A stretch of 64,000 nt of DNA. Source: a virus. Within the stretch, counting starts at the first letter, position 1; the number at the start of each line of letters is the position of its first letter. The stretch is taken from positions 3,277 through 67,276 of the IMG/VR virus record IMGVR_UViG_3300042332_000310; one strand, written 5' to 3'. The notes under the pieces are model-generated. The model ran no database searches, had not been told where the DNA came from, and was given only the letters and a program-made list of their open reading frames with translations. The translations under genes were made by a program, and so were the position numbers. Positions 54,619 to 63,981 of this stretch are shown here, piece after piece.

Positions 54619-56985
54619 TTATTGTGCTTCATTATCCATTTCTTCATTTTCAACTCCTTCTTCTTCAATATATTGCTCTTGCTCGCCTTGTTCTTGTTGC
54701 ATTTGTTGTTGCATCATTTGTTGCTCTTGCATAGCTTGTTTTTGCATAGCTTCTTGCTGCTTTTCATTAAAAAACTCGCTAACAAGCATCTGTAATTCTG
54801 GAGTCAATGGTCTTCCTAGTTCAAAAGACTTAAGCAAAGCTGAATGAATGAAAGCTTGTTGTTGAATATATTTTTTCATTTCAAGTTCAGTACTTGCAAT
54901 AGTAACTTTTGATTGAGTTTCTAGTTCAGCTAATTGAGCATCCATTTGGGCTTTCATCTGTAAAGATTGCTGCTGTGATTGGGCATTCATTTCAGAATTA
55001 GCTCTAGCTTTTTCCATTTCAGATTTTTCCTTATTCTTTTTAGCCTTAGCTAAATACATTTCAGCAAGTTTAACATTCTTGATGCTTCTTACTCTAAACG
55101 CATCTTCAAAGTCAATAACACCTGCAGATAAAGCAGTTTGAATCATTTGTTCTACAAATTGCCTTTCTTTATCATCAGGCAATACTTCAATCATTACATC
55201 AAATTTTTTGCCATCTACAGCATTAGCTCCAAGATATTCTGAATATTGCTTACCTCCGTATAATACAGAATCATAAAGTAACAATGAAATCTTAAATGCA
55301 GTTTGCTGATAGATGTTTAAGTAAGCATCATATATAAAATCTGTAGCATTGTTAGACGCTTGTATTTGAGATTGTTGAACACCTAATCCTAATTTTGGAT
55401 TTACTCCAGAACCTTCTCTATATTCATTTACTCCAATCTCGTCACGAAGTCTTTCTAGATAATGATTATAAACCATTATCAATTGTTGAATCTGACTTAC
55501 AGAACCAGAATTAGGAGCTTCTTGAATAGGAACACCATTCATTTGGTCTCCATCTTCAGTTCTTCTCTTATAATAAATGTTACCAGTTTGGTCGTAAACA
55601 GCTTGTAACTCAAGTGGAGTTAATGCTTTTGCTTGACCAATATTAATATCTGATAAAGAATCAATATCTATAATTAAACCAGAAGGTCTAAGTTTTGCAA
55701 TTAATTGCTGAATCTTTAAGTGAGCTAATGTCATCTGACGAATAGAAGTCTCCATTCTTTCAGGGATAGCCATATTCTCTAAATCAAGATTCTCGTGCAT
55801 ATATACGCTATAGCTAAAGTATGCATCAGACATCTCTTTTATAGTAGATGGCTTAATCATATTCTTAGCAGGGCCCCATTCAAGCATTACGTCTGTATTT
55901 AATACATATACGCCTCTATAGATAACATACATATCTTTTGATATAGCTTCTTTGTTATCTCCATTTACTTGATATGCCTTATCTTTTTTATCTACAGCAA
56001 TTAGATTGCCGTATTTATTAGTTTTAGCTTGGTAAACCATGCTATCAATAGTCTTGATTTCATAGTCTAAAACATCTACAGTCCAATCGTCATATGGTCT
56101 ATCAATAGAATATCTAAATCTATCGTCCCATTTAACAGACTGATTGTATTGCTTTGCATTTTTAGCTAATAAGAATAATTTATCTTCTGGTAGATTAGGG
56201 TAGTTATTTCTAATGTCTATTATTTTCATAGACAAAACCTCTCCTATAAAAGATACATCACGGAAGTCGTCATACTGAGAAAATCCATAAAAACTATTTT
56301 CTGGAACAACTCTTCTTATATCTATTTTACCATTCACGCCAGTGCTAACTTTTGTAGCGCCTATACCTGTTTCAGCTATATCTTCTAAAAGCTTACGTTT
56401 AATAACAGGCCATCCGTTCTCATGAAATACATAATCACATCCTTTTTCAAATAAAACCTCTTCGGGAAGTTGATATTCTAATCCAAAGTATAATTCTAAT
56501 TCTTCGTAGTTTTCTGGTGTATATTGCCCTTTTGCCATTAATCTAACTCCAACCTGTTCTTCCATGGCTTCTACTTCTTTGCCATACTTCATTCTAAATT
56601 CAGCCTCTTCTTTATCGTATACTTTTCTTTCAGTAGATACAGGGTCAACAGCACTTGCCTTTACCTTTTCTTCCCTTTTCATGAATCCACCAATAATAAC
56701 CTGCATAAACTTAGGAGCAATAGCAGGAGCTTTCATGTCTAGATTGACAAACGCCTCTTTACCATCTACATTAAGTAAGTCAAGAAATTCAGCCATTGGC
56801 TGTTTTCCTCTAGAGAACTTTCTATTTTTCTCAAACTTTTTATTACGTGCAGAGAAGTAGCCGCTATTGTAAGCTTTTTGCAAGAATTTGGATATCTTTA
56901 ATCCCTCTTCTTTTTCTCTTTTAAGACTTGAATTACCAAGGTGGAAATTCAATATCTCTTTTGTTGTTGCGTTATTATCACTCAT
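54619..56985 (-). CDS. portal protein
   Basis: 788 aa after terminase; IAPKF, YDQTG..Y, GVNEYREG, Gln-rich tail. Confidence 0.88.
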   Translation of the reverse strand: MSDNNATTKEILNFHLGNSSLKREKEEGLKISKFLQKAYNSGYFSARNKKFEKNRKFSRGKQPMAEFLDLLNVDGKEAFVNLDMKAPAIAPKFMQVIIGGFMKREEKVKASAVDPVSTERKVYDKEEAEFRMKYGKEVEAMEEQVGVRLMAKGQYTPENYEELELYFGLEYQLPEEVLFEKGCDYVFHENGWPVIKRKLLEDIAETGIGATKVSTGVNGKIDIRRVVPENSFYGFSQYDDFRDVSFIGEVLSMKIIDIRNNYPNLPEDKLFLLAKNAKQYNQSVKWDDRFRYSIDRPYDDWTVDVLDYEIKTIDSMVYQAKTNKYGNLIAVDKKDKAYQVNGDNKEAISKDMYVIYRGVYVLNTDVMLEWGPAKNMIKPSTIKEMSDAYFSYSVYMHENLDLENMAIPERMETSIRQMTLAHLKIQQLIAKLRPSGLIIDIDSLSDINIGQAKALTPLELQAVYDQTGNIYYKRRTEDGDQMNGVPIQEAPNSGSVSQIQQLIMVYNHYLERLRDEIGVNEYREGSGVNPKLGLGVQQSQIQASNNATDFIYDAYLNIYQQTAFKISLLLYDSVLYGGKQYSEYLGANAVDGKKFDVMIEVLPDDKERQFVEQMIQTALSAGVIDFEDAFRVRSIKNVKLAEMYLAKAKKNKEKSEMEKARANSEMNAQSQQQSLQMKAQMDAQLAELETQSKVTIASTELEMKKYIQQQAFIHSALLKSFELGRPLTPELQMLVSEFFNEKQQEAMQKQAMQEQQMMQQQMQQEQGEQEQYIEEEGVENEEMDNEAQ

Positions 56986-57011
56986 AATTATAGCAAAAGT
57001 ACAAAATTACA

Positions 57012-59036
57012 TTACATGTTAATCTTGTATGTTTTTAAAGGTAATGAAACTAGCTTTTGTTGAGGCTTGTCACTTTCCAAAGATACGCCAGAAAGTAGAC
57101 TAATCATAAAAGCTACAGTTCGGTCAAATGGGGTACGATGCTCATGGTCATATGCCAGCAACTCTTCTAATAAATCATAGAAGTATATTTTTTCGCAATG
57201 GCTTTCAATATAAGATATGCAAGTGTCTAGCTGTCTAGCTAAAGCAAAAGCATCTCCAGATGCAACTCCATATTTTACATTACCCTGTCTCCTTTTGTGC
57301 CTATCTACAGCTATTTGAGGTGTCCTTAAAAGGTATCCCTTAAATCCTTTATTCTGAAAATAGTCCACAAAGTCATCACCTACGTCATTCTCATAACAAG
57401 CCTTATATCCGTAGAATACAGAAGCTTTAAGCATCTCATCATGAAATAAACTCTTAAGCCTGGGTCTGCCAACATATTCGGCAATAGGCATCCCTGTATT
57501 ATCAGGGTCTTTCATATTAAGCATTTCAAATATGTAACAAGTACCCATAGAACCCTTACCACTAATAACAGAAGACTTAAATGGGTCAATACCGCTAGAG
57601 TAGATATGGTTGTTCCCTGGAATCTTAACGCCATTTACCTCAACAGACTTATTCTTTAGGTCATCAGGAGGAAATTTATGTATAAGCCAGCTGCCCTCTT
57701 TATCATCCGCCCAATCTACAGTTCTATTGTCTTTCCAAAAGAGCCTTACTCTTCTCATTGGCACTTTCTCTTCTTTAAGGAAATCTATCTGATTGTATAT
57801 CTTTTCAGCATTAAAGTAGCATTTCTTAGAGTCAATCATAAAAGCTTCATTCTCATCAAATGGATTCATACGAACCTCCTCCGATAGCTGTTGCTTGTCT
57901 GTAATTAGCTTTCTTTGGTTAATAAGGTATTCCTTGCTACCCATTTCAATCTTAATTCCAAACTTCTCGTATATAAACTTCTTTTGCCTATCAGTAGGTG
58001 CATCTATAATAGATTTGCCATATTCATCTATAAATCCTTCATATCCATCATAAGCAGGACAGAAATATCTGTATAGCCCTGATGCCGTCATTGATGTTTC
58101 AAAATGGTTAGATGAGTCGTAAAGATTTTTATACGGCTCACCTCCAGACTTGGCATCATTGGCAGTAGATGGTATTAGACAGAATCCAACCTTAATAGCA
58201 CCACGACCCATTGTCTTTTTAACGATAGGCCAGTATTGGTTAACAGATACATCTTTAGGCCACTTACCAGCTTCGTCCATTAGTAGCGCAGTAACACGCC
58301 CAGAATCGTACGAATTAAGGGCAGTGTTCTTGAAATTAATCTTTGACTCAAGGCCAATGTCATCATCAAATATCTTTCCCTTCTCCCTGCTCTTAGCCTT
58401 CTTTTTATCCTTCTTTTTCTTAAATACAAGTTCTGTTTTAGTCTCTTCATCTTCTGCTCTCGGTTTTAGGAATATCGGTAAATTACGATATCCATTCATT
58501 ACCATATATACGAATGCATCACTAGCATCCTTTCCTGTTTTTGATATAATGCCACAGAATGACTTACGTTTAGTTATTGACTTCCATACTAGATAAGCAG
58601 TAGCTTGTGATGTAGCACCCTCACGACGTTTTTTAATTCTTACTATACCAAAACAGTATGGTAATTCTTCTGCATGTTCCTGGAAATAAAAGTATCTTCT
58701 ATCTACATCTCTATAGTCTGGGTTAGTTCCATCCTCTAGCGTCCAATAGTTTAAATAAAAATAATGCAACCCTGTAATATAGGTTGCCTCTCCGTCATTG
58801 TAAAACCAGTACCCTTTATTAATCCTATTCCATTCTTGTATGACAAAATCCTTTTGCTCGTCAGAGTATATGGGATTGCCATCTTCATCAAATTCAAGCT
58901 CATCAAAATAATCAGGTATTTCTATTTTGTAGAACTTTTGGTCTTCCTTATCTAACTCAAAGTTTTCTATTAGAGAACTTTTTGGCATTTCAGGTAGCTT
59001 ATATTTTATACCATATACTTCTACTATATTATTCAT
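57012..59036 (-). CDS. terL: terminase large subunit
   Basis: ITGLHYFYLN, KKRREGAT, LLMDEAGKW, nuclease motifs GIDP and FDRTVA. Confidence 0.93.
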   Translation of the reverse strand: MNNIVEVYGIKYKLPEMPKSSLIENFELDKEDQKFYKIEIPDYFDELEFDEDGNPIYSDEQKDFVIQEWNRINKGYWFYNDGEATYITGLHYFYLNYWTLEDGTNPDYRDVDRRYFYFQEHAEELPYCFGIVRIKKRREGATSQATAYLVWKSITKRKSFCGIISKTGKDASDAFVYMVMNGYRNLPIFLKPRAEDEETKTELVFKKKKDKKKAKSREKGKIFDDDIGLESKINFKNTALNSYDSGRVTALLMDEAGKWPKDVSVNQYWPIVKKTMGRGAIKVGFCLIPSTANDAKSGGEPYKNLYDSSNHFETSMTASGLYRYFCPAYDGYEGFIDEYGKSIIDAPTDRQKKFIYEKFGIKIEMGSKEYLINQRKLITDKQQLSEEVRMNPFDENEAFMIDSKKCYFNAEKIYNQIDFLKEEKVPMRRVRLFWKDNRTVDWADDKEGSWLIHKFPPDDLKNKSVEVNGVKIPGNNHIYSSGIDPFKSSVISGKGSMGTCYIFEMLNMKDPDNTGMPIAEYVGRPRLKSLFHDEMLKASVFYGYKACYENDVGDDFVDYFQNKGFKGYLLRTPQIAVDRHKRRQGNVKYGVASGDAFALARQLDTCISYIESHCEKIYFYDLLEELLAYDHEHRTPFDRTVAFMISLLSGVSLESDKPQQKLVSLPLKTYKINM

Positions 59037-59646
59037 TAAAGTGTTTTTTGGTAAACTTATCTATTTTATTGAACATATCAACTCCTGTTCCTGTTAAAGC
59101 GTATTGTCTTAATCCCTTTTCATTCCTTATTCCTACAATCATATTCTTCTTAGTAAAGTAGGTTATCATATTATGATATGTAACTAAAGTTTTAGGTATA
59201 TCTCTTTTAAAGTCCTTAATAGTAAAGAAATTGTATCTACCTGCCCATAATATAAAAGCGCAGTAACTCAATTTCATTCCTAGTATATTTGATACTTGCT
59301 CTGTTTGAATCAAGAATTCATACATCTTTATAACAGAATAGTCTTTTACTCTAATTCTATCTCTACCTTCTTGTATTCCTTTCTTCTTAGCCTTTGACCT
59401 TTCATTAACAGCAAACCTTTGTAGGTTCATTATATGCTGGTTTAGTCTAAATATCTTTTGGTCTCTTTTAAGAACTTGATATCTAAGCTCATTATACTTC
59501 TTATTCTTTTCTTTTCTAACTTCAGCTACCTTATCTTGTATCTCTTTCTTATGGAATACTGTAGCCTTGAGCCTTTTCTGAGACTCTATATAAGCTTCAT
59601 ATATCTCTTCTTTAGATGAGTCCTTTGTGATATAGGCTACGTTCAT
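59029..59646 (-). CDS. basic coiled-coil protein with winged-helix-like C-terminus
   Basis: Ends ...YALTGTG; coupled to terL. Confidence 0.65.
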   Translation of the reverse strand: MNVAYITKDSSKEEIYEAYIESQKRLKATVFHKKEIQDKVAEVRKEKNKKYNELRYQVLKRDQKIFRLNQHIMNLQRFAVNERSKAKKKGIQEGRDRIRVKDYSVIKMYEFLIQTEQVSNILGMKLSYCAFILWAGRYNFFTIKDFKRDIPKTLVTYHNMITYFTKKNMIVGIRNEKGLRQYALTGTGVDMFNKIDKFTKKHFNE

Positions 59647-59936
59647 CGTACTAATTGTTCAATTAAAGGTTTTGTTCTAGCCTTATCCTTTTCTTCATCT
59701 CCAGTAAGGGCATTGTCAAGCTTCAATTTCTTCATTACGTCGTTGATATCGCCTACGCTATTAAAAAACTTCATAACTCTTTCCATAGTGCCATCATTTT
59801 TATCAGATAGTTCTATTTGAGATAAGTCAGTCTTATTAAGCATTGTTGTAATCTCATTAAGCTTTCTATTCAAAGCGTAGTAAGCACCTACGATACCATC
59901 TTGTTCGTATATTTTTATTTTTTCTTTATCGTTCAT
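59643..59936 (-). CDS. helical protein, terminase small subunit candidate
   Basis: Size and position upstream of terL only. Confidence 0.45.
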   Translation of the reverse strand: MNDKEKIKIYEQDGIVGAYYALNRKLNEITTMLNKTDLSQIELSDKNDGTMERVMKFFNSVGDINDVMKKLKLDNALTGDEEKDKARTKPLIEQLVR

Positions 59937-60526
59937 ACAGTTTCTTTTGCTAAACAATCGGAATATCTAAGTCTTATTGCAGTTTCAACAACACCATTGA
60001 CGTTATGAGTCATCTCATAGTCAGAATGTATGTATGTTATAGCAATATCACCTACTTCAAAGTCAGTTATTGAGTCAGGCTTCGCTAAAATTCTTAATTT
60101 GTTGGGTATTTTTACTTTTTCCGCCTCAAATACGCTAGATTGCTCTACATATATCCTTTCTGCGAGCATAAATCCGTCTATTGGAATTAATTTTCCTTCA
60201 ATTACGCCAAAGTATACGAATATCCCTTCAACAGAAAAGAGTTTGTAACCGTGTGGGATACGTTTGTCTGTAAGTTCAGACTCCTCACGCATGCTATTGT
60301 GGTGTGCCAGTACATGTGTTCCTGCTTTTAAGTTTTTGTAATCAGTTAATAAGACTCCTTGGGTAAAATTAGTGACACGACTATCCCATGAATACTCGTT
60401 AGCCATGTAAAGTTGCCCTTTAGTTCCGTCTTCTTTTGTAAATGAGTGTGTTTCTTTTTCATCAACGTCAACTAATACTATGACGCGATTGCCAACAGGC
60501 CTAATTTTGTTGTAGAGTTCTTTCAT
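59933..60526 (-). CDS. GroES-like protein with two repeats
   Basis: IRPVGNRVIV and LIPIDGFMLAE starts; EVGDI; ends YSDCLA. Confidence 0.65.
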   Translation of the reverse strand: MKELYNKIRPVGNRVIVLVDVDEKETHSFTKEDGTKGQLYMANEYSWDSRVTNFTQGVLLTDYKNLKAGTHVLAHHNSMREESELTDKRIPHGYKLFSVEGIFVYFGVIEGKLIPIDGFMLAERIYVEQSSVFEAEKVKIPNKLRILAKPDSITDFEVGDIAITYIHSDYEMTHNVNGVVETAIRLRYSDCLAKETV

Positions 60527-60572
60527 TTGCTTTGGTTATTCGCAAATATACGCAGATATTCGTATTTGTATC

Positions 60573-60878
60573 CTATTTAAATCGTTCTCCTTTGCCAGAT
60601 GTTCTACCAGAGCGGTATACTTGAGAACTTTTAGACCATAGATGATGATAAGCCCACCATCCTGGAGTTAATTTAGATGCGTTTGCAGATTTTGCATGAC
60701 GGCTTCTATAGTTTTTTCTTGCTTCAGCAGAATAATTAGAGGAGTAGCCTTTAGCGCCAAATCTTACGATACGAACTTTATCGCCTTCTTTAGCAAGTAC
60801 AACCTTTTTATGCGTTCCATCGGTAGCATTTTTAGGTTTATTGTACCCAGCAAATTTTTCTCCTCTATATTCTACCAT
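60573..60878 (-). CDS. basic conserved virus protein
   Basis: KKVVLAKEGDKVRIVRFGAKG...RKNYRSRH...GWWA..LW. Confidence 0.75.
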   Translation of the reverse strand: MVEYRGEKFAGYNKPKNATDGTHKKVVLAKEGDKVRIVRFGAKGYSSNYSAEARKNYRSRHAKSANASKLTPGWWAYHHLWSKSSQVYRSGRTSGKGERFK

Positions 60879-61012
60879 TTCCCTGTCTTTAATTTTTTAA
60901 AGTCTTTAGCAGACACAGTTGATTTACTTTTAGGCTTAGATGTTCCAGCCTTTTTCTTAGCGTTGATGTTATTTACTAAGCTGTTCTTTACTCCTAGTTT
61001 ATTTACTTTCAT
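60872..61012 (-). CDS. small basic protein (46 aa)
   Basis: MKVNKLGVKNSLVNNINAKKKAGTSKPKSKSTVS; start moved to ATG 61012. Confidence 0.65.
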   Translation of the reverse strand: MKVNKLGVKNSLVNNINAKKKAGTSKPKSKSTVSAKDFKKLKTGKW

Positions 61013-61013
61013 A

Positions 61014-61142
61014 TTATCTTCCTTGGCCGCGGTAAGTTTTTGGCTTACCCACGTGTTTATTATAAGTTTTTTTAGCAGCACCTGTTTTGCGCTTACCAAA
61101 AGAAATTTTTACGCTACCTCCAGCTGATTTAAGCTTTGCCAT
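61014..61142 (-). CDS. small basic protein ending YRGQGR (42 aa)
   Basis: MAKLKSAGGSVKISFGKRKTGAAKKTYNKHVGKPKTYRGQGR read by hand; TAATG-coupled. Confidence 0.7.
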   Translation of the reverse strand: MAKLKSAGGSVKISFGKRKTGAAKKTYNKHVGKPKTYRGQGR

Positions 61143-61903
61143 TAATTGTTGTTTTTAATTACTTTTACTTCACCAGTAGACATATCCATTTTAATTTTTG
61201 AATTACCTGTTTTTTCTCCTGTTTTTTTTCTATATATATATCCGTATTGGTCAGGAAATGTATCAAGGTCAAATTCTTCAGGATTAGATTTAATACGTGC
61301 TTCTAGATTTTTTCTAGCAACTCCACTCATTGCAAATTTATCATAGTCTTCTTTTCTAACAGGAGCTATCTTTTTAGTTCTTGTATTAAATAAACCAGCA
61401 AAATTATTTGCATCTGTAGTGTATTCAAGCCCAGGTATCATATAAGAAGGGAAGTCCATCTGTCTGCCGTCTAGAAAATATTCATCAGCAGGTTCAACTT
61501 TAGGCTTTTCTTTAGGTGTAATATTTTCAACAGCTTTCATAATTTCAAAGGTTCTAGCACCTAATATACCATCAGCAAGCGTACCTGCTTTTGGCATACC
61601 ATACTTGTCCATCATTCCTTTAATAACTTTTTTACCTTCTGGAGTTGATTCCAAATATGCTATTTGAGCTTTCTGAAAATCTTTATTTGAAGTAGTAGGG
61701 AAATTATATCTACTTGCATAATCAAGCAATGTTTCTTCTGTAAGTCCAGATTCAGTAAATGCGTTACTTCTACCTGTAGGAGTTTTTTCTACACCACCTC
61801 CATAAACAGAAAGGCCTGTTCCTTTTACTTTTTTAGATTTAGGAGTTGGCTCTTGTTTAGCCTTTTTATTGCTAATGATTTGTTGTATTCTAGTTAAATC
61901 CAT
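61142..61903 (-). CDS. hypothetical protein with possible peptidoglycan-binding motif
   Basis: FQKA...ADGILGART. Confidence 0.65.
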   Translation of the reverse strand: MDLTRIQQIISNKKAKQEPTPKSKKVKGTGLSVYGGGVEKTPTGRSNAFTESGLTEETLLDYASRYNFPTTSNKDFQKAQIAYLESTPEGKKVIKGMMDKYGMPKAGTLADGILGARTFEIMKAVENITPKEKPKVEPADEYFLDGRQMDFPSYMIPGLEYTTDANNFAGLFNTRTKKIAPVRKEDYDKFAMSGVARKNLEARIKSNPEEFDLDTFPDQYGYIYRKKTGEKTGNSKIKMDMSTGEVKVIKNNN

Positions 61904-61904
61904 A

Positions 61905-62201
61905 TTAGTACATGTTTTTTAATTTACTCTTAGATTTATCAAGAGAAGATTTTATTTTAGCTCTATCAATAGCATTTATTAAACGAGGCTTTCTTGGGTC
62001 GTTAATTGTCGGCTTAACAGGGTATTCTTTGCTTTTACCCATTTCTCTAGCTTCAGCTTCTTTTTTTGTTTCTGGCTTTAAAGTACCAACAGCACCTTTT
62101 TTTCTAGACATAAACTCTTCTTGCATAGCTTTATCAAAAGCTTCTTTATTATCAGGTCTGCCCATTTCGCCTACTCTTTTTTTCTTTGGAATTTGTTGCA
62201 T
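61905..62201 (-). CDS. Lys-rich hypothetical protein
   Basis: 98 aa, tightly packed. Confidence 0.65.
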   Translation of the reverse strand: MQQIPKKKRVGEMGRPDNKEAFDKAMQEEFMSRKKGAVGTLKPETKKEAEAREMGKSKEYPVKPTINDPRKPRLINAIDRAKIKSSLDKSKSKLKNMY

Positions 62202-62202
62202 A

Positions 62203-62484
62203 TTATTTTTTCTTTTTAACTGTTTTAACTGCAGCTTTCTTAATCATCTTTTCAGACTTTTCTTTCTTCATGCTTTCCTTACCTTCATGCTTTTTCATAG
62301 CTGTTTTAGTAGGATACTTTTCTTTACCACCGTACTCTTTTATCATGTTGTTTGTTTTTAATTTTTTATTAGTTGGTTTCTTAACCTCAATAGCAGGCTC
62401 TTCATTAAGAGATACATTATACTCAGTAGGCGCATATTCCATTTTTGAGAATAAGCTTTTAAAGAATTCAATTATTTTTTTCAT
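62203..62484 (-). CDS. Lys-rich hypothetical protein
   Basis: EYGGKEKY...AMKKHE motif; promoter box 4 nt upstream. Confidence 0.65.
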   Translation of the reverse strand: MKKIIEFFKSLFSKMEYAPTEYNVSLNEEPAIEVKKPTNKKLKTNNMIKEYGGKEKYPTKTAMKKHEGKESMKKEKSEKMIKKAAVKTVKKKK

Positions 62485-62497
62485 TGTACAAAAGTAG

Positions 62498-63118
62498 TTA
62501 TTTCTTAGAATAGTTTGCTATGATATAATCAGCCATATCTTTAGGCACATCTCTATATGACTTTTTAAAGCCTTTAGGAGACATATCCGTTAGAGTCTTG
62601 TCATTGTATATACCTGTAGGGAATCTTTTAAGGACAGGCAGCATATAGTAGCTGTATAGGTATAGGTTAGCTTTCTTGATGTATCTAGTTTTATTTATAG
62701 GCAGACCCCACATCTTTATCTTCTCAACAGCCCTCATCTCGCAGTCCTTTTCTAGCTCAACCATACCATCAAGCATACTTAATACCTGAGTCTTATTTAG
62801 CATAATGTTTCCTGCAAGCCAGTCCCATGTCTTTCCTGTATTATCATTCCAATCATTCCACCTTTCATCGGATTTCCATTGTTCCATATGACAGAACTCG
62901 TGTACTAGAATCTCAAACCATTCTTTAAATGGTCTGCCACAAGCAACGACAAGCGCCTTGTCTGTCTCACAGAAATACCCACTACAATTTTGAGAGAAGT
63001 CATCCGTTAGTACAACATTATTAGATGGAGACAGAACTAACTCTATCCCATATTTTTTGCACTGTCTTTTTACTGATGATATGAAAGGTCTGTATTCTTC
63101 GGGGATATCGTACTTCAT
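62498..63118 (-). CDS. zincin-like metalloprotease
   Basis: ILVHEFCHMEQW (HExxH) and downstream ELEKDCE. Confidence 0.75.
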   Translation of the reverse strand: MKYDIPEEYRPFISSVKRQCKKYGIELVLSPSNNVVLTDDFSQNCSGYFCETDKALVVACGRPFKEWFEILVHEFCHMEQWKSDERWNDWNDNTGKTWDWLAGNIMLNKTQVLSMLDGMVELEKDCEMRAVEKIKMWGLPINKTRYIKKANLYLYSYYMLPVLKRFPTGIYNDKTLTDMSPKGFKKSYRDVPKDMADYIIANYSKK

Positions 63119-63131
63119 GGCTCAAAATTAG

Positions 63132-63593
63132 TTATAAATTCCTTAGCCTATTTCCATTGAATAAAACATTTGGGTTAATCCAGTACTCCATATTAGAGCC
63201 TATCTTTCTAGCTATTATCTTTTGCTCTATTAGACCCCTTATACCCTCTCTATAGCTTGTAACAGACTTAAACCCACATACCACCATACAGTCATCTGAA
63301 TGAAGGAATACGGTCTCATGTAGAGGCTTTAGCCTATCCATGGCATATATGAACATTTTTAGTGAGGGGGTAGGTAATTCCATTATACGGCTACACGAGC
63401 CTTGAAAATACTTGGTGTAAGTGAGTGGGTCATGTTTTTGATTTTGGTGGTTCTTAGGCAACTTCCTCATAGTGTACATTTCACCAGACTCAGGGTCTAT
63501 AACTATATTTTCATTACCTTTGGGCGTATAGCTTATTTCTACTATGCCTTCTATCTTAAATGGGTTCTCCATATAAGCTGAATTCTCTCTCAT
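63132..63593 (-). CDS. RepL-like winged-helix DNA-binding protein
   Basis: GIRGLIEQKIIARK...YWINPNVLFNGNR. Confidence 0.75.
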   Translation of the reverse strand: MRENSAYMENPFKIEGIVEISYTPKGNENIVIDPESGEMYTMRKLPKNHQNQKHDPLTYTKYFQGSCSRIMELPTPSLKMFIYAMDRLKPLHETVFLHSDDCMVVCGFKSVTSYREGIRGLIEQKIIARKIGSNMEYWINPNVLFNGNRLRNL

Positions 63594-63613
63594 AATTTCA
63601 TTGGTTTATACTG

Positions 63614-63645
63614 TAAAAGTATAGTTTCTTGTTTTTAAAAACAAA
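63614..63645 (-). promoter_or_regulatory. Bacteroidota sigma-A type promoter
   Basis: TTTG-20 nt-TACTTTTA upstream of the RepL-like gene. Confidence 0.55.
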
Positions 63646-63883
63646 TATATGTTTTACACATATTGATAACCAATCTGTTATAGCCTTTCCTTCTTATATA
63701 TATTAAGAATCATATCCAGGGGCTAACAAGTCAAGTTATAAGTTTACTAAAACGGCTGTAAAGTAAAGGTATTGCTGTCCCCTACCCCGAAATTTAGGTG
63801 AGGTGTGTGACCATGTAAGGGTCTCTATATGATATGTTATATTTTTTTTCTATGGGAAATTAAAATTATTTGACCCAGTACCT

Positions 63884-63981
63884 CAATGTTCAAACATCAA
63901 TGTCTAAACAATAATGTTGAAACACTAAACATATATTACGATTATTTATATATATTATTTTTTTAATCAATGTTTAAACAC
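63884..63981. repeat. four 14-bp repeats with near-palindromic core TGTT-NN-AACA
   Basis: CAATGTTCAAACAT, CAATGTCTAAACAA, TAATGTTGAAACAC in tandem (63884-63925), then CAATGTTTAAACAC (63968-63981). Confidence 0.8.

Noticed and set aside
16354-62497. Many + strand ORFs inside the late arm (e.g. 17499, 39487, 58150, 60696, 61912)
   Set aside because: Antisense to well-supported genes and lacking motifs or promoters
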